From contig NEEC01000013.1 in assembly GCA_002189035.1 (NCBI GenBank), positions 372,001-436,000 of the forward strand: a stretch of 64,000 bases of DNA. Direction: 5' to 3'. A model generated the notes under the pieces. It was not told the origin of the DNA, did not search any database, and saw only the letters and a list, made by a program, of their open reading frames with translations. Both the position numbers and the translations under genes were made by a program. This document shows positions 51,901 to 64,000 of the stretch, piece after piece; the first letter of the stretch is position 1, and each line of letters opens with the position of its first letter. Source of the DNA: Utricularia gibba (lineage: Eukaryota; Plantae; Magnoliophyta).

Positions 51901-54900
51901 ATGGAAAACACATAAACGATGAACACCATATAGGGAACAAGCTCTTTGTATCGCTTGTACATAGTTAACAGTCTAGATCCACGATCACTGATGATGCATA
52001 CTCCTGTTCTTCCCCTGATTACATATCAAACCAATTGCTCCATAAACTAGATCCAGTCCTCGGCACTTTCACCATGCACAAATGCATATCCCAATGGGAC
52101 TACATGGTTACTTGCATCAATAGCAATTGCTACAAGTAACTTGTAGTCGTAACTACCATATAAGTGTGTAGCATCCACGCACATGACTGGCCGACAATGC
52201 ATGAAAGGTTTTATTGAAAAGCCAAAAGCCTAGAAAACCCACTTCAAGAGACGATTACCATGAACATGGGTCTCATGGTCCCATGTCACCACTGTTCCTG
52301 GGTTTTGCTTTTGAACCTCTTCAAGATAGATAGATAATTAGGTACAAGAAACCTGTCAGGTATCATAATGGAGTTCATAGGCTCGACACATACAAGACCA
52401 AGCATGCCACTTAGGCATATCATAAGTAAACAGCTCCTTGATGATACGCTGAACACCTAGAGTTGTTAACTTTAGGCTTAGATACGGAATAAGCCGAGGA
52501 GTAACATATCGAATGTTTAGGTTGGCGTGGGTGGATGCTGCTTCTGACGTTAGTTCACAGGTATGAGGCTATATCACCTTTGATATCTTCCACATTCCTA
52601 ATCTCTTTTGATAAGCTGCTCTAAGCTTAAACGAGCAATGCTCCTTCCCACTATAAGTCTGCAGACATATCACCTCATACTGGTACTTATCACTTTTCTA
52701 TGTTCTGCATTCTCGCTGAGCAATGGTAAGATGCCATTTCACAACTGCATCCATGACAGTCTTACGATCCTTGAGTGTCATACCATGTCGAAGAATTCCG
52801 GTTCTCTCATCGTAATAATCTCCTGGAACGAATGCATCCATTGAATCATCATAAACATCTGATTCGTCCTCTTCTTGAGTTGGTAAGGAGGCTCCTACAT
52901 ATGTCCCATGAATCTCAATGTCCGGAGGCAAGTCAGGTAAATCTTCGACCTCCAATTCTGCAACAACCTCCTCAAAATCTAGGCCAGCTGGCATATCATC
53001 ATCATCAGATAAATTACGTGCCTCATCTGCATACATGTCATCTCCAACTAGAAAGACATGGGAGTCATCTTGGTAGTCATAATCCCTACCTTGATCATAA
53101 TAATTAAAGAAAGGATCATGGCCAGAATAGCCAGTTTCATATTGATAGTCCATGCCATGACTGGTGTGTAGTTGGGATCAGTCAAAAATTGAAGGATCAA
53201 ACTTAAAATCGATGCAAAATACAAAATCAATGGTATATATTATACTGTCAAATTCATAACCCTTACGTATAAAATCATTTTATACCTTCCAAATGATGAT
53301 AAGGCTGATATGAATCATCAAATGGATTAAATTTTTCATATGGATATTGTGAGTAATCATATTGATGTGGATATTGTGACTGTTGTTGATGAAACGATTT
53401 TAAAAAATTTTCATAAAGAATAATCATTAAAAATTAAATATCTACACCTTTGAATCGATTTTAAAGCATTAAAGGTAATTATTACTAATAAATTTATAAT
53501 TAATATTTCATTATAACAATGTATATGCTAGTTTTGAATCGTAGAAAATATCACAATAATAAAACCTCTAATTTTATAATAAAAACAATGTATTCAAACT
53601 ACTTCTACATATTTATAATTTTTAAAAAATATTATTGTGACTAACAACCAATTAAATTAGTAAAAATATTATTAACTAAGTATGAATTAAATCAGTAGTG
53701 ATATTTTCATGTAACAACTATAACCAATAAAAAAGAAATATATGTGAAATAATCATTATTTAAAAAGTTAATATACAAAAAAAGAAAGGAAAAATTTCAT
53801 TAAAACCATGATATTTATTCTTCATTTTCAATTTTACCATCAAAATTTTGTTGTTTCAATAAAGTCATTAAACATATCAAAAACTTTTGATTTCAAATAT
53901 AAATATAAAAATTGATTTTTTTGTATTTAAAAAAATGATAATAAATCTGATTTAATAAAATACATGAAATATTTATAAAATTTTATTTTCATTGTTAAAA
54001 AATTAATCATAATTAAATATGAAAATTATTACCTATGTAATAACTATTTTGTTTATAATCAATAAAAAAATAATTTTTTGTTTTAATTTTTAATGAGTTT
54101 AATGAAATATTTTATTAAATTAGATTATATTTTAATGAAATCCGTGCAAATATTAGTTTACATAAATAAATAATGAGTTTTTTTATGTTTATTTTTAAAA
54201 TTAAACGGTTTTGATATGTTTAATGGAATAAAAAAATTGATTATAAAATTGAAAATATAAGATAAGTTTGATGGCCTTGATTAAATTTTCCCGAAAAAAG
54301 GATTAAAAATTCTATATATACATATTAGTTAATTTCTTTTTGAAATTCAAAAACAATTATATAAAATTCATAAGAATCAAAATCAAATATCAACCTGGTA
54401 AAGATGATGATGAACAACCTGTTGAGTTATGTTGTGAGATTAACATTTTAATACCAAAATCAAATCTTTTGGGGTTCATAATGATCGAGAGATCTGCTGA
54501 ATCACTAATATTAATATAATTTGTAGTAGATGAATTGGTGTTGTAAAACTTGGCACATAATTGAACATTATCGCAATCCACTTTGATTCCTAGCTCATTT
54601 TCAATAGTATTCAATAACTTACTCCAAGAAATATTTCGTTTTACCACTAAAATTTTCACAGGTTTTGAAGCATACACATGATGGACTGATGAATCATCCA
54701 ATATTGGACCTCCAATATAGAATTTCATTGTAGCTTTCGTCATTGATTCAAGAATCCAATAACTGAATGCAAAGTTTGAATTGAAGGTGGAGAAAACAAA
54801 AAAAATGAAAAAAGAGGAATCACAGAGGAAATGATAGGAATACCAAAAGAGGGTGGAAGAAGTCAATAGTCAGAAGGAATCTAAAATGTGAAAGCCAATG

Positions 54901-55045
54901 AAGAGAAAGGAAGGAAGAAGGAAGTGATATCAGAGGAGGGTAAGTACAACTACATTGAATTTTAATAATAAAAGCTTAGTTGTCAAAATATTATTATAAT
55001 TTAATTCAATGGTATTTGGTTCACTATATTGATAATATTACCCTA
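48955..55045 (-). mobile_element. Mutator-like element (MULE) with degenerate MuDR-type transposase (about 54740-50525)
   Basis: Minus-strand translation: N-terminal domain (ORF 54390-54866); acidic linker and GMTLKDRKTVMDAVVKWH (ORF 52698-53153); DDE region FMHCRPVMCVDATHLYG...LLVAIAIDASNHVVPLGYAFVHGESAEDW (about 52220-52030); SWIM-like CDCSV*QLDQYPYSH (about 51270); C-terminal HPVRDERDW. In-frame stops present. Ends GGGTA.../...TACCC are only weakly inverted and no 9-bp TSD was found. Confidence 0.8.
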
Positions 55046-55129
55046 CAGCAATGACACACCCAAAGAAGCGTGTCTTTTACTATCCTTTATATTATCTTAC
55101 GGGTATTGGTGATAGAGAATTGAAGATAG

Positions 55130-58100
55130 AGAAAGGAGAATAATCTTGATATATGGATGCAGTCAACGGCGAAACCAGACAAATAAGTATATTACCTTCC
55201 ATTAACCCCTCACCCCTCCTAAACCCTGATTAGACTTTTACCCTGTTTGTTTTGTATATATGTGTTCTATGTTTTATGTGCTTTAGTTTTCCTTCTTGTC
55301 TTTTCATGTGTTTTGTGGTTGTTTTTCTGTCTTTTGTTGCCTTGAGTACTGCTGAGCATGTTTAGGAATTTTGGTTCATGCTTGAAATGTAATATGCCTA
55401 CCCCTTCGCTTCTATGAGGATTCAGCCTTTTTTTGTTCTTACCTACATAAGACTTACATGAGAGTAGCGAGATTTTTAGAGAAGTGCATGCATGCGGCTT
55501 GTGTTTTGCTCCGTTTCGCTAGCAGTTACTTGTGAATAGCTGGTATGTTGCGCATTGATACGTGGCTGTGAGTTGAGCTTAGTGAGACATGTAGATCATG
55601 GCTGATGCACATGAAAGATTTTCAATGATAAAAGGCGGGCACACCAGAAAAGCCGTGCTATAAAAATAAAAAAAAAAATTTAGAAGAACTTGAGACTTCC
55701 AAACTATACGCCCTACATTTTCCCTGAACATACTCAGTGGTCTGGCCAACCACTCCAGGAGAAATAAGGAAGAATGAACGGGAGGGGACTATGTCCAGGT
55801 CGTAGTGAAAGGGTTCTCAGTCTCTTTTATTTTCGTGTAGTACCTCCATGTGCATCATTTTCATCTTTCAGCCATAGCACCCCAATAAGTCTAAAGTGTC
55901 TCACTGGGTGAAGCATTACACGTCACTATTAGTATGCTACTGCTTGTTAGACTCAAGTTAGCACTAATGCCAATATGATTCTTGAACACTTGAAGCATGT
56001 GAGTAACCTCTATTGTCTGCGCTTGAGTGAACCTGTTTTACCTAGCACTTGCTATATCTTCTTTTCACTCACATGGATAGCATGAATTGAAACCTTTTCT
56101 TTGCCTCAACAGACTCAATTTTAGATTTTCTGTTTTATTTTCTATTTTCGACTTGAGGACAAGTCTAGAGTCGTTGTAGGATAGTACTGATAACACCGTT
56201 TTTATGGTATTTTTATATATGTTTTTAAGTGTGTTTTGTAGGATTAAATGTTGTTTAGGGTGCTAAAATGTCTTCTTTTGCGTATTTGGACTGTTGAAAT
56301 ATGTTTATTGTGAAAATAGGCTCAATTGGCAACAATTGAGCCGAAAGCTCTAATATTTTGTCTAGTCTGTGTTTTAAGTCTTACCAGGGTGAGAGCTAGT
56401 ACTGTAGCAGCGTACTTTCTGCATTGACAAGTTAGAAGGGACAGAAAAGCTGTGCAAAAACCACTTTCCGTCGAAAGTAGCCGCCCTTTTGAAGAGATAA
56501 GATATGGAGCAGAGATCTTCCTTCTAGAAGCCTGACGAAAAGACCAAGCTGCCCTTACTTTTGAGCAACAAAAGGGAAAAAGGATGGGAGAGAGAAAAAG
56601 AGAGTACACTGTGCGCGTAGAGTGCACAGATAGCGAACAGGAGCGAGCGGGAGCGAGGAGAACTTCGTTTCTCCGGCGAACGTCTTCGGCGACCTTTAGA
56701 TCTACATGTTTACACCGTCTTTCCGCCCATAAACTTGATTTCCAGCATATCTACGATCGAGAGCAACCGCTAGACACTTCATTTTCTAGTTTATGCACTT
56801 CTATTTCGTTGACAACTAGCTACTGTTTCCTTCAACGTTTACATGCTTTTTGTTATGTTCTTACACCTTGTCGTGAAAGATAAATCCTCTGTAGACCTTA
56901 TTTATGCGTTTAATCATGTTCTTGACTAAGCCTTTCATGTTTGCCTTTAAGTTTAACGCGCTTTTACTGTTCCTGCGAACCATGCTCTGTTTCTGCAAAC
57001 TATTACTTTGTTTTTAAACGTTCCAAACTGGGTTTAAGACAAAGGGCTCTCTTGAGTAACACAAGAGCGAGACCCTAGTGTAAAATCCAATCAATTACTT
57101 TTATTTTATGTTTTCTGCACCTCCACGTTAATTTCAGTCTCTTTTCAACCCTTCAACTCGTTTATTTTAGTCACTGTTATTTTAGATCCTACCTGCATTA
57201 GAACTAAACCCCAGGAAACCCCCTGTTTTCAATAAATGCAATGAACTTCGAGAAATTACAATCATTACATGTGGATTCGACCCTTGCTTGCCACACTACA
57301 TTAATTCCTGTGATTTGTGTAGTAGAATAGCTAGGTCATAAATTTCTTTTGATGCGTTGAATGTGCTAGACCGCGACATTTAGCAACTCATTCCAACGTT
57401 CATCAAAATGGCGCCGCTGCCGGGGAATGGTATCTGTTAATTTCTCTGTTGTTAATGCATTTACGTTCCTTTGTAGGTCCACTTGAACCCCTTCATTTGG
57501 AGATCGAGAGGACCGAAAAAGTACTGAGAAAGAAGCACAAAAAAAGTCAGTAAGAGGTTAAGTTGAGAGCCATAGAGATGGCTGTACCACCAAATAACGA
57601 ACAGCTTGTGAATATCTTGGAGAAGATCATTGGGGAGTATGAGTCACCAGGCCATACCTACCGAGGGCATTGTATCACCTTTCCTACAACAGCAATTAAT
57701 TTGGAGTTGAGGCAAGGAACCCTTGCTCTGTTTCCTAAGTATTATGGGAACAAGAATGAGGATCCTCATATGCATATTGATGATTGCATCGCTGTTGGAG
57801 TTGTGTTGCGATCCAAGGACGTGACTGAGGATAATTTACTACTCAGAGCCTTCCAATTTACTCTTGAAGGACATGCCAAGACTTGGTTCAACACACTTGA
57901 ACCAGGAAGTATAAGAAGTTGGATGAAAATGAAGAAAGCATTTTTAAATCAGTTTTTCCCTACCTACAGAGCAGAAGAAATTCGCAGCAAAATTGAAAAT
58001 ATTTTTCAGGATTATGATGAGCCTCTAAATGAGTATTGGGACAAGTTCACAACTCTCCTTTCGAGCTGCCCACATCATGGATTTGATAAATTATAGCAAG

Positions 58101-59100
58101 TGGAGTGTTTTTTGAAGGGCTTGACTGCTGGCCAACGAGATAAATTGGATTCTGCTGCACATGGGAATATGAGGACTCTTACCCCATCTGAAGGCTGGGA
58201 GAAAATTAAAGAAATGGTTGGACATTCTCAGTTTCGATCTCAAGCCCAACGACAAGTGAATGAAATGGGGGTATTGAGAGAAGCTGAAGCAGCAAGAAAT
58301 GACAAGGATATTGCTGAATTGAAGGATATGGTGAAAGGTTTATTTCTTGTTCATGCAAAATCCGTGCCTTGTGAAGTCTGTGGAATTCTTGGACACACTT
58401 TTGATCATTGCTACACGAAAGGAAACTTGGAAGAATCATTTGAAGTAGTGAATGCAATGGAATATATGAATAACATAGTTGATTATTTCAGGCCCAAGAA
58501 CGACCAGTGATTTGAGCCTATGAGGAGTCATCCCAATTTTAGCTGGAGAAGCACCAACGTTGAAAATCCACAACATCTGGGATTTACTCAACCGTAGCAG
58601 CAAACAACATTACCAATTTCGTTTTAGCAAGGACAGAGTGTTCAACAGGGGAATAGGTATCAAAGCAAGCCTTATCAACCCCCACATCAGAGAGTCGACC
58701 AGCCAAGCACTTCAGGTGTTAAACCACCTCCTTTAACTAAAGAAATGATGAAGATGATGCTGGAAAATATGGCCAAATGTGATGTTGAACAAGCAAAGAG
58801 AGATGCTGAATCAGAGAAGATGATGAAGAATCTTGAGAGGCAAATTGGCCAACTTGCTACAGAGCTCGCTGAACTAAAAGGAAATTCAGGGAAACTACCA
58901 TCTCAGCCCAATGCCAATCCGAAAGCAAACATTTCTACTATTGAACTTCGTGGGGGAAAGCAACTACCTGACTGAAAGGGCCCTACAAGTCATAGTAAAG
59001 TGGTGGAAAGTTCTGAAGCTAATTCGGAGGATAAGGTACGTGGAAAAGCAGCAGGGGAACCTGTTGTTGAGATCAAGAAAACGTCCCCTTCCTTGGAAGA
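55130..59100 (+). mobile_element. Athila-like Ty3/gypsy segment arranged 3'UTR-PPT region / LTR / PBS / gag
   Basis: LTR TGATAAC...TTCATCA at 56188-57405; PBS immediately after; Retrotrans_gag-type protein FPKYYGNKNEDPHMH...LLLRAFQFTLEGHAKTWF...AFLNQFFP...LLSSCPHHGF (57563-58975) with stops; CTTGAGGACAAG motif just before the LTR. Confidence 0.85.
57406..57426 (+). promoter_or_regulatory. Primer-binding site complementary to the tRNA-Asp 3' end (Athila type)
   Basis: AAATGGCGCCGCTGCCGGGGA directly after the LTR-terminal CA; recalled Athila consensus TGGCGCCGTTGCCGGGGA. Confidence 0.85.
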
Positions 59101-59259
59101 TTACACGCTAGAGCAAGGCAAGAAGAGAAGGACTCTATAATTTCAGCCTTGGACTTTGCTATGATTACCATGAAGGGATGAAAGTATTGAAGGACTTGTG
59201 TAGTTCGAAGAGGAAGAGCAAGGATGAAGAAGTGATCAAAGTATATCCATGCAGGCAAA

Positions 59260-62200
59260 GTATACCCTAATCACTAATTATGTACGTTGGATGACATGCA
59301 TATGTAGTTGATGTTACAATTATATCCATGCAGGCCCTATCTCTTTGTCCACAAGGAATACATCATAGGAAAATAGTGGCCTCCTCATCCATGATCATGA
59401 CGAGTAACTTGTAGTTGTACATGACATATAAATATATCTCATCTACATGCCCTTCATGTCTTCATGAGTATTGTTGAATACAATAAATGTTCATAGATTT
59501 TTCTCTACACTTCACAAAGATATGTAGGCAACTATAGATACCATAATTCTTGCCCCACTCCTTACTATTTTAATCAAATCACAGGCTAAAAAGTTATTAC
59601 GATGTCATTGTGAAAGTAGTGCACACATCATAGGTGTGAGGTTCTACTAACTCCATGATATTCTATACATTTTTTATAAACTCTACAATACATCTTGCAA
59701 TGACCATGTGATCTAACTTGCAATGATATATGACAAGTCTTATCTTGCAACAAATACCAAGTAATTGGTAGCAGCAACAACAATCTCCACCTTTATCAAG
59801 AATGTGAGCCCACAATATTGTTCAATAGTGCATGTATTGTACACTAGTGCCACATCTGGAAAATCCGTTGTATTCTATTAGATAGGTAGGTTCTGTTTAT
59901 TTATATCATATTCCTCTGGTTGTTCACTTTTATGGTCAACTAATGGCATTGTGCCATTAGCTAAATCGCTCTCAATTGTCTCGAGTACTCTTCGTTACCC
60001 ATGTACAATGAATCGTCACCATAAAATTGTGATGGAGATAGCAATAGTGGATCATGTAAAGAACTAATTATACCAATCATAGAAGTCAATAACATTCTCT
60101 CACAAAGATTAGTTGCATCGCATGAGAGCCCAAATTAGCAAAAAAAATGTTTAAGTTCTAAATAGTTGGTATAGAAAACAGGATTACAAAAAATAAGCAC
60201 ACATTTTTTAGGAGACACATCAATGAAAGTAATAAAGTATATAAAATATTATCATAAAAACTATGTTCTTGGGAATTTAAGAATTTTGGCACTTCCAAGT
60301 TGAAACACGATCTTACATTGTCGAGCGTGGATATCTAAAAGGTTGCTATAGGTTCACATGCCACAAAAATATCAACACTAGACCCAATATTATTGGCATA
60401 GAATAGAAGTCACAACATTGAATCATCTAGGAGAGATATATAATTAGATGTTTGTGTGTGCCCTTCATAATATTGGGCAAACATTATTAGTCAAAACGTG
60501 TCAAATCTATATGCATTACTGCATGCATGCAGCATGTGAGTGACTCGAAGCTGACATGTCTCTAACTTTCATCAAATAAATGATACAAAGCGCATTCACA
60601 CAAAGAATGAAATGGAAGGTAATATGTTCCAAAAACTTGACGGCTATACAACGACTTCGAAATAGATGAAGCACAATTGTAGAAATCTCAAAAGATGTGA
60701 CCTAATAAACACTATATCAAAAGAACTAATCAGAAAGGATTATGAAAGTCATGATAAAAATTAAATGAATCACAAGATGTCATATTTTCCATCCATCTAT
60801 TTGAATACATGCTTGTCTCAAACATGAACAACATAATCAAGTAAGCCATTCAAGACTAGAATGAGCAATTTCATCACTTGCTGCACAGTTTGGGGGACAC
60901 GAGTAGTGAACCTCTCACCAAACTCCTACCCCTCTTTAATCTACGTTTGAAGAAGTGTTTTATAAACTTGATTGTATTTTATGTATTTCCTCTTCCACTC
61001 ATCCATCTATTTGAATACATGCCTCCAACTCTCATTGCAATCATTGGATTTCAGCTTCCATAGAATCAATTTCTTGTGAAATATCATGGGATGGTTTCAT
61101 CTAGATCGATGCCATCGTCGAGTATAACATGATGATAATATCAAGGATCACAACTATACGATGAAAGTGCACCCTCATAAGACATTGGGTACCAATAATT
61201 CGAACCATCAACATATCATTCAAAATTATATACTCTCATTATCAATGTTTATGATAGATATTTTGACTATCGTATAACCCTTAGCCACCCAAGTTGATAA
61301 AAAGTAAATCACAAATCTCCCATCATATATTCTCACATCTACAAGACAATGGGTGAAACTAACCCAAGTATACATTAAAATGAAAATTAAACAACTAAAT
61401 AAAAAATATTACATTCCATCTTGCCTATAATGCCCTTCTCCAAAACTTGATTGATATATTGATGATAACATACAAATTTTCCTATTTTTATGATATGAAA
61501 ATTATAACTTTTTAATTATGTTCTAAATACTTATTTTATAGTTTTAAGAATTTTTATATAATTTAGGGAATGTATGAGTTTTATGTGTAAATGGGCTAAA
61601 TCTTTGAATTTAGCTCACTCTATGTTTCTAACGCGTTTTGAGTCTAGCACCAACTCTCAAAAATCAGGAGAGACTATGGATTTCGTGCAAGCTTCTGGTT
61701 GCAGAAGAAAAGGCAGCATAAAGAAAGGAACAATGAGGGCACTATCACAGCAACAGACTGCAATCTAGGGTAAGAGCAGCAGTGTTGTCAAAAATTGTAA
61801 TTGTTTCAAGAAATGAAAGAGGAAGAAAATATTTTTTCAAGAAAGAGGATAGAGAAAAGAGAGGGAGCTTCGAGAGCTTCAGAAGAGCTACGAGAGCAAG
61901 AACACACACACAAGGCTCCTTCAACAACAAGAACCAGATACCAAAAAGAAGACGAAGCTGATTTTTCTGAAAAAAAAAAAGCCAAAAATGAGAAGAACAA
62001 GCTCAAGAACCCAGTTAGCGCTATTATTCCATGCTATGAATAGTAGCAGATAGAAACAGAACACTTTATTTGCTTAGTTTGCTGAACATTTTACTTTTGT
62101 TGGCTATTTGTTTGATAATGTTTGGGATATTTTCTTCAGTTTATGAATATGAAATCTTGTTTTATTTCTCATACATGAGTAGCTAAACCTTAGTATGCCT

Positions 62201-63300
62201 TAAGGTGTATAATAGTGATGTGGGAGCTAAGGTTCATAACACAATTGATCATTATTTCTTAGCTTTTGTTTTTATCATTTCATGGATAGACCTAAGGAGG
62301 GAAATGAACAGCTTCACAACTCAGATGTTTGATTTAGAGTTAGACCAACAAATCAAGGTGGGATAGTAGGTATTAATTCAAGGTAGAATTAGTAGAACCG
62401 GATAGACCCAATTCTATATACTTAACATGCGGGTAGAGTTAATTGCAATGTTGGCGATGATATTAGAGACTATATTAGCCGAAAACATGATGAATGACCT
62501 AATTAGACTTAGGTTATTTAGAGATGTGATTATAGAAATTTTATAGATTAAATTAGTAACCTTAGTATCACATTATCAACATACCATTGAGGCATCTTGT
62601 TGTTATTTTGTACTAGAGCCAGTATTTGTTACATTTTACATTGAGATTTTATTTTAAGTATTGAACTATCTACCATCACTAGTTTAAGCTTAGATTAAGA
62701 ATAACGTTTATTCTGAATTCTACATCTGTTAAAACATGTTGCAAGCATCAGCTCCTTGTGATCGATCCCAAATTCCACTTTATATTTTGTATTTATTATA
62801 TATTTTATGAGGATTAGAAATTATAAATTTATTTGATACAAAGATTTCATTTATTGCAATGTTTATAAGAATTTTTTGTTTATTAGTTGCACATCTCCCA
62901 GTGGATGTACTCAAATAAAAGTGTGCCAACATGAGTCAAATGACTGGAGGAACTTAAAGTGGATTCCTAACTCCCTGAACAGTTGTATCAAGAATCGGCT
63001 ATCATGTAAAACAATAAACCCTATAATCAAATGGAATACATACGAATCACATGGCACATCTTCTTCCTCACAAATTATGATAAATATTCTCATCATCCCT
63101 AGTGACTGAGTAATTATACAGCTAAGGGACACTTACATAGCTTGCAATACCATTTAACTAGGAGTCAATAGCACCAACTTTGGTGGGTGGTTGATCATCA
63201 ATAATTTCTCATGACTCTAGCATAAATAACATATACTCTTTAAGGATATAGTACATTTGTCTCATGTTATTGGCAATAGTCATACTCTTATCACATTACA
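59260..63300. repeat. Heavily decayed, probably transposon-derived sequence of unresolved family (interrupted by the LTR at 61460-62849)
   Basis: No intact ORFs, coding-like composition, abrupt junction with the Athila gag. I could not identify a diagnostic motif. Confidence 0.25.
61460..62849 (+). mobile_element. Athila-like solo LTR candidate
   Basis: TGATGATAAC...GAGTAGCTAAAC...CTCCTTGTGATCGATCCC...ATAAATTTATTTGATAC...TTTCA; flanks TATAT/TTTAT (4 of 5) may be a decayed TSD. Confidence 0.65.
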
Positions 63301-64000
63301 AACAAACATAAATAATGATAATTAATTATTTAATTATAAATAAATAATGATGATAGTGTGTGTAAATAAAAAATTCATCTTTCAAGAAAAGAGGTTATTA
63401 AATAAATAACTATAATATTATATATATATTTATTTAATTATTTTCTGATATTATGAATCATAGTATTTCTTAAATATATTTTAATATACGTTAATTATAA
63501 TCTATTTTAATATAAGTTCTCATTAATTATTATTTAAATAAAAAATTATTAATAAAGTTAATTATATTTCTTTTAAAACTTACATTTTTAATATCAATTT
63601 GTATTTCAAAAATATAATTTTTATCAAATAAAAATACTGTATTTATTAAAATGTGATAATTATACATCAATGAAATATGCAATGAATAAAAAAAATTATT
63701 TTTTTAAAAAAATATGGGTATTCTACAAATATTTACAGAATGGAAAGTTGAAAATCATTGTAGTTTGTGGGGTCGAACAGAAGTGGTGATAGATCCGGGG
63801 CGAATGCCTGTCCGCTGAGTAGTGTGACCCGACCCGGACCAGCAGCAGTCCGAGGCCAGGCCACCATAACACACAATAGACGACAACACTGGAATTTCTC
63901 CTTCCGTGCAGAGGATTTTGTAGGCGTATTTTCAGGAGGAAAAAGCAAAAGCAGTCTTTTCAAAAAGGAAGAGTTTTCGAGCCGAAGGACAACAGACATC

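Noticed and set aside
48955-55045. Pack-MULE carrying captured host genes
   Set aside because: All decipherable coding pieces inside are parts of the transposase; the rest is AT-rich, with no recognisable host exon.
55219-55227. CTAAACCCT as a possible telomerase RNA template
   Set aside because: Lies inside Athila-like 3' non-coding sequence with no USE/TATA promoter or other TR features.

Overview
Plant (angiosperm) nuclear genomic DNA, AT-rich and transposon-dense; there is no sign of any prokaryotic system. I reconstructed five intron-containing genes by hand: a NAC035/LOV1-type NAC transcription factor (+), the KORRIGAN1-type membrane GH9A endoglucanase (-), an At3g50910/At5g66480-like coiled-coil protein with a C-terminal membrane anchor (+), pinin (-) and an At2g12400-like multi-pass membrane protein (+). 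A sixth, partial candidate is a two-exon secreted-peptide-like precursor (-, 2730-3436) that the ORF track does not show as a spliced gene; its second intron carries a copia insertion. Between the genes lie degenerate Ty1/copia and Ty3/gypsy (chromovirus, Athila-like) elements, several nested and some reduced to solo LTRs with target-site duplications, plus a decayed Mutator-like element and a mosaic plastid insertion (trnK-rps16 joined to rbcL). The most unusual observations are a strand-coordinated cluster of C->G transversions in the rbcL fragment, a permuted Athila-like element (3'UTR-PPT-LTR-PBS-gag), the hidden peptide gene, and apparent lesions in two genes (missing GT donor in pinin, 1-nt frameshift in the membrane-protein gene). 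All homology calls come from recalled family sequences and manual translation; no database search or alignment was run.
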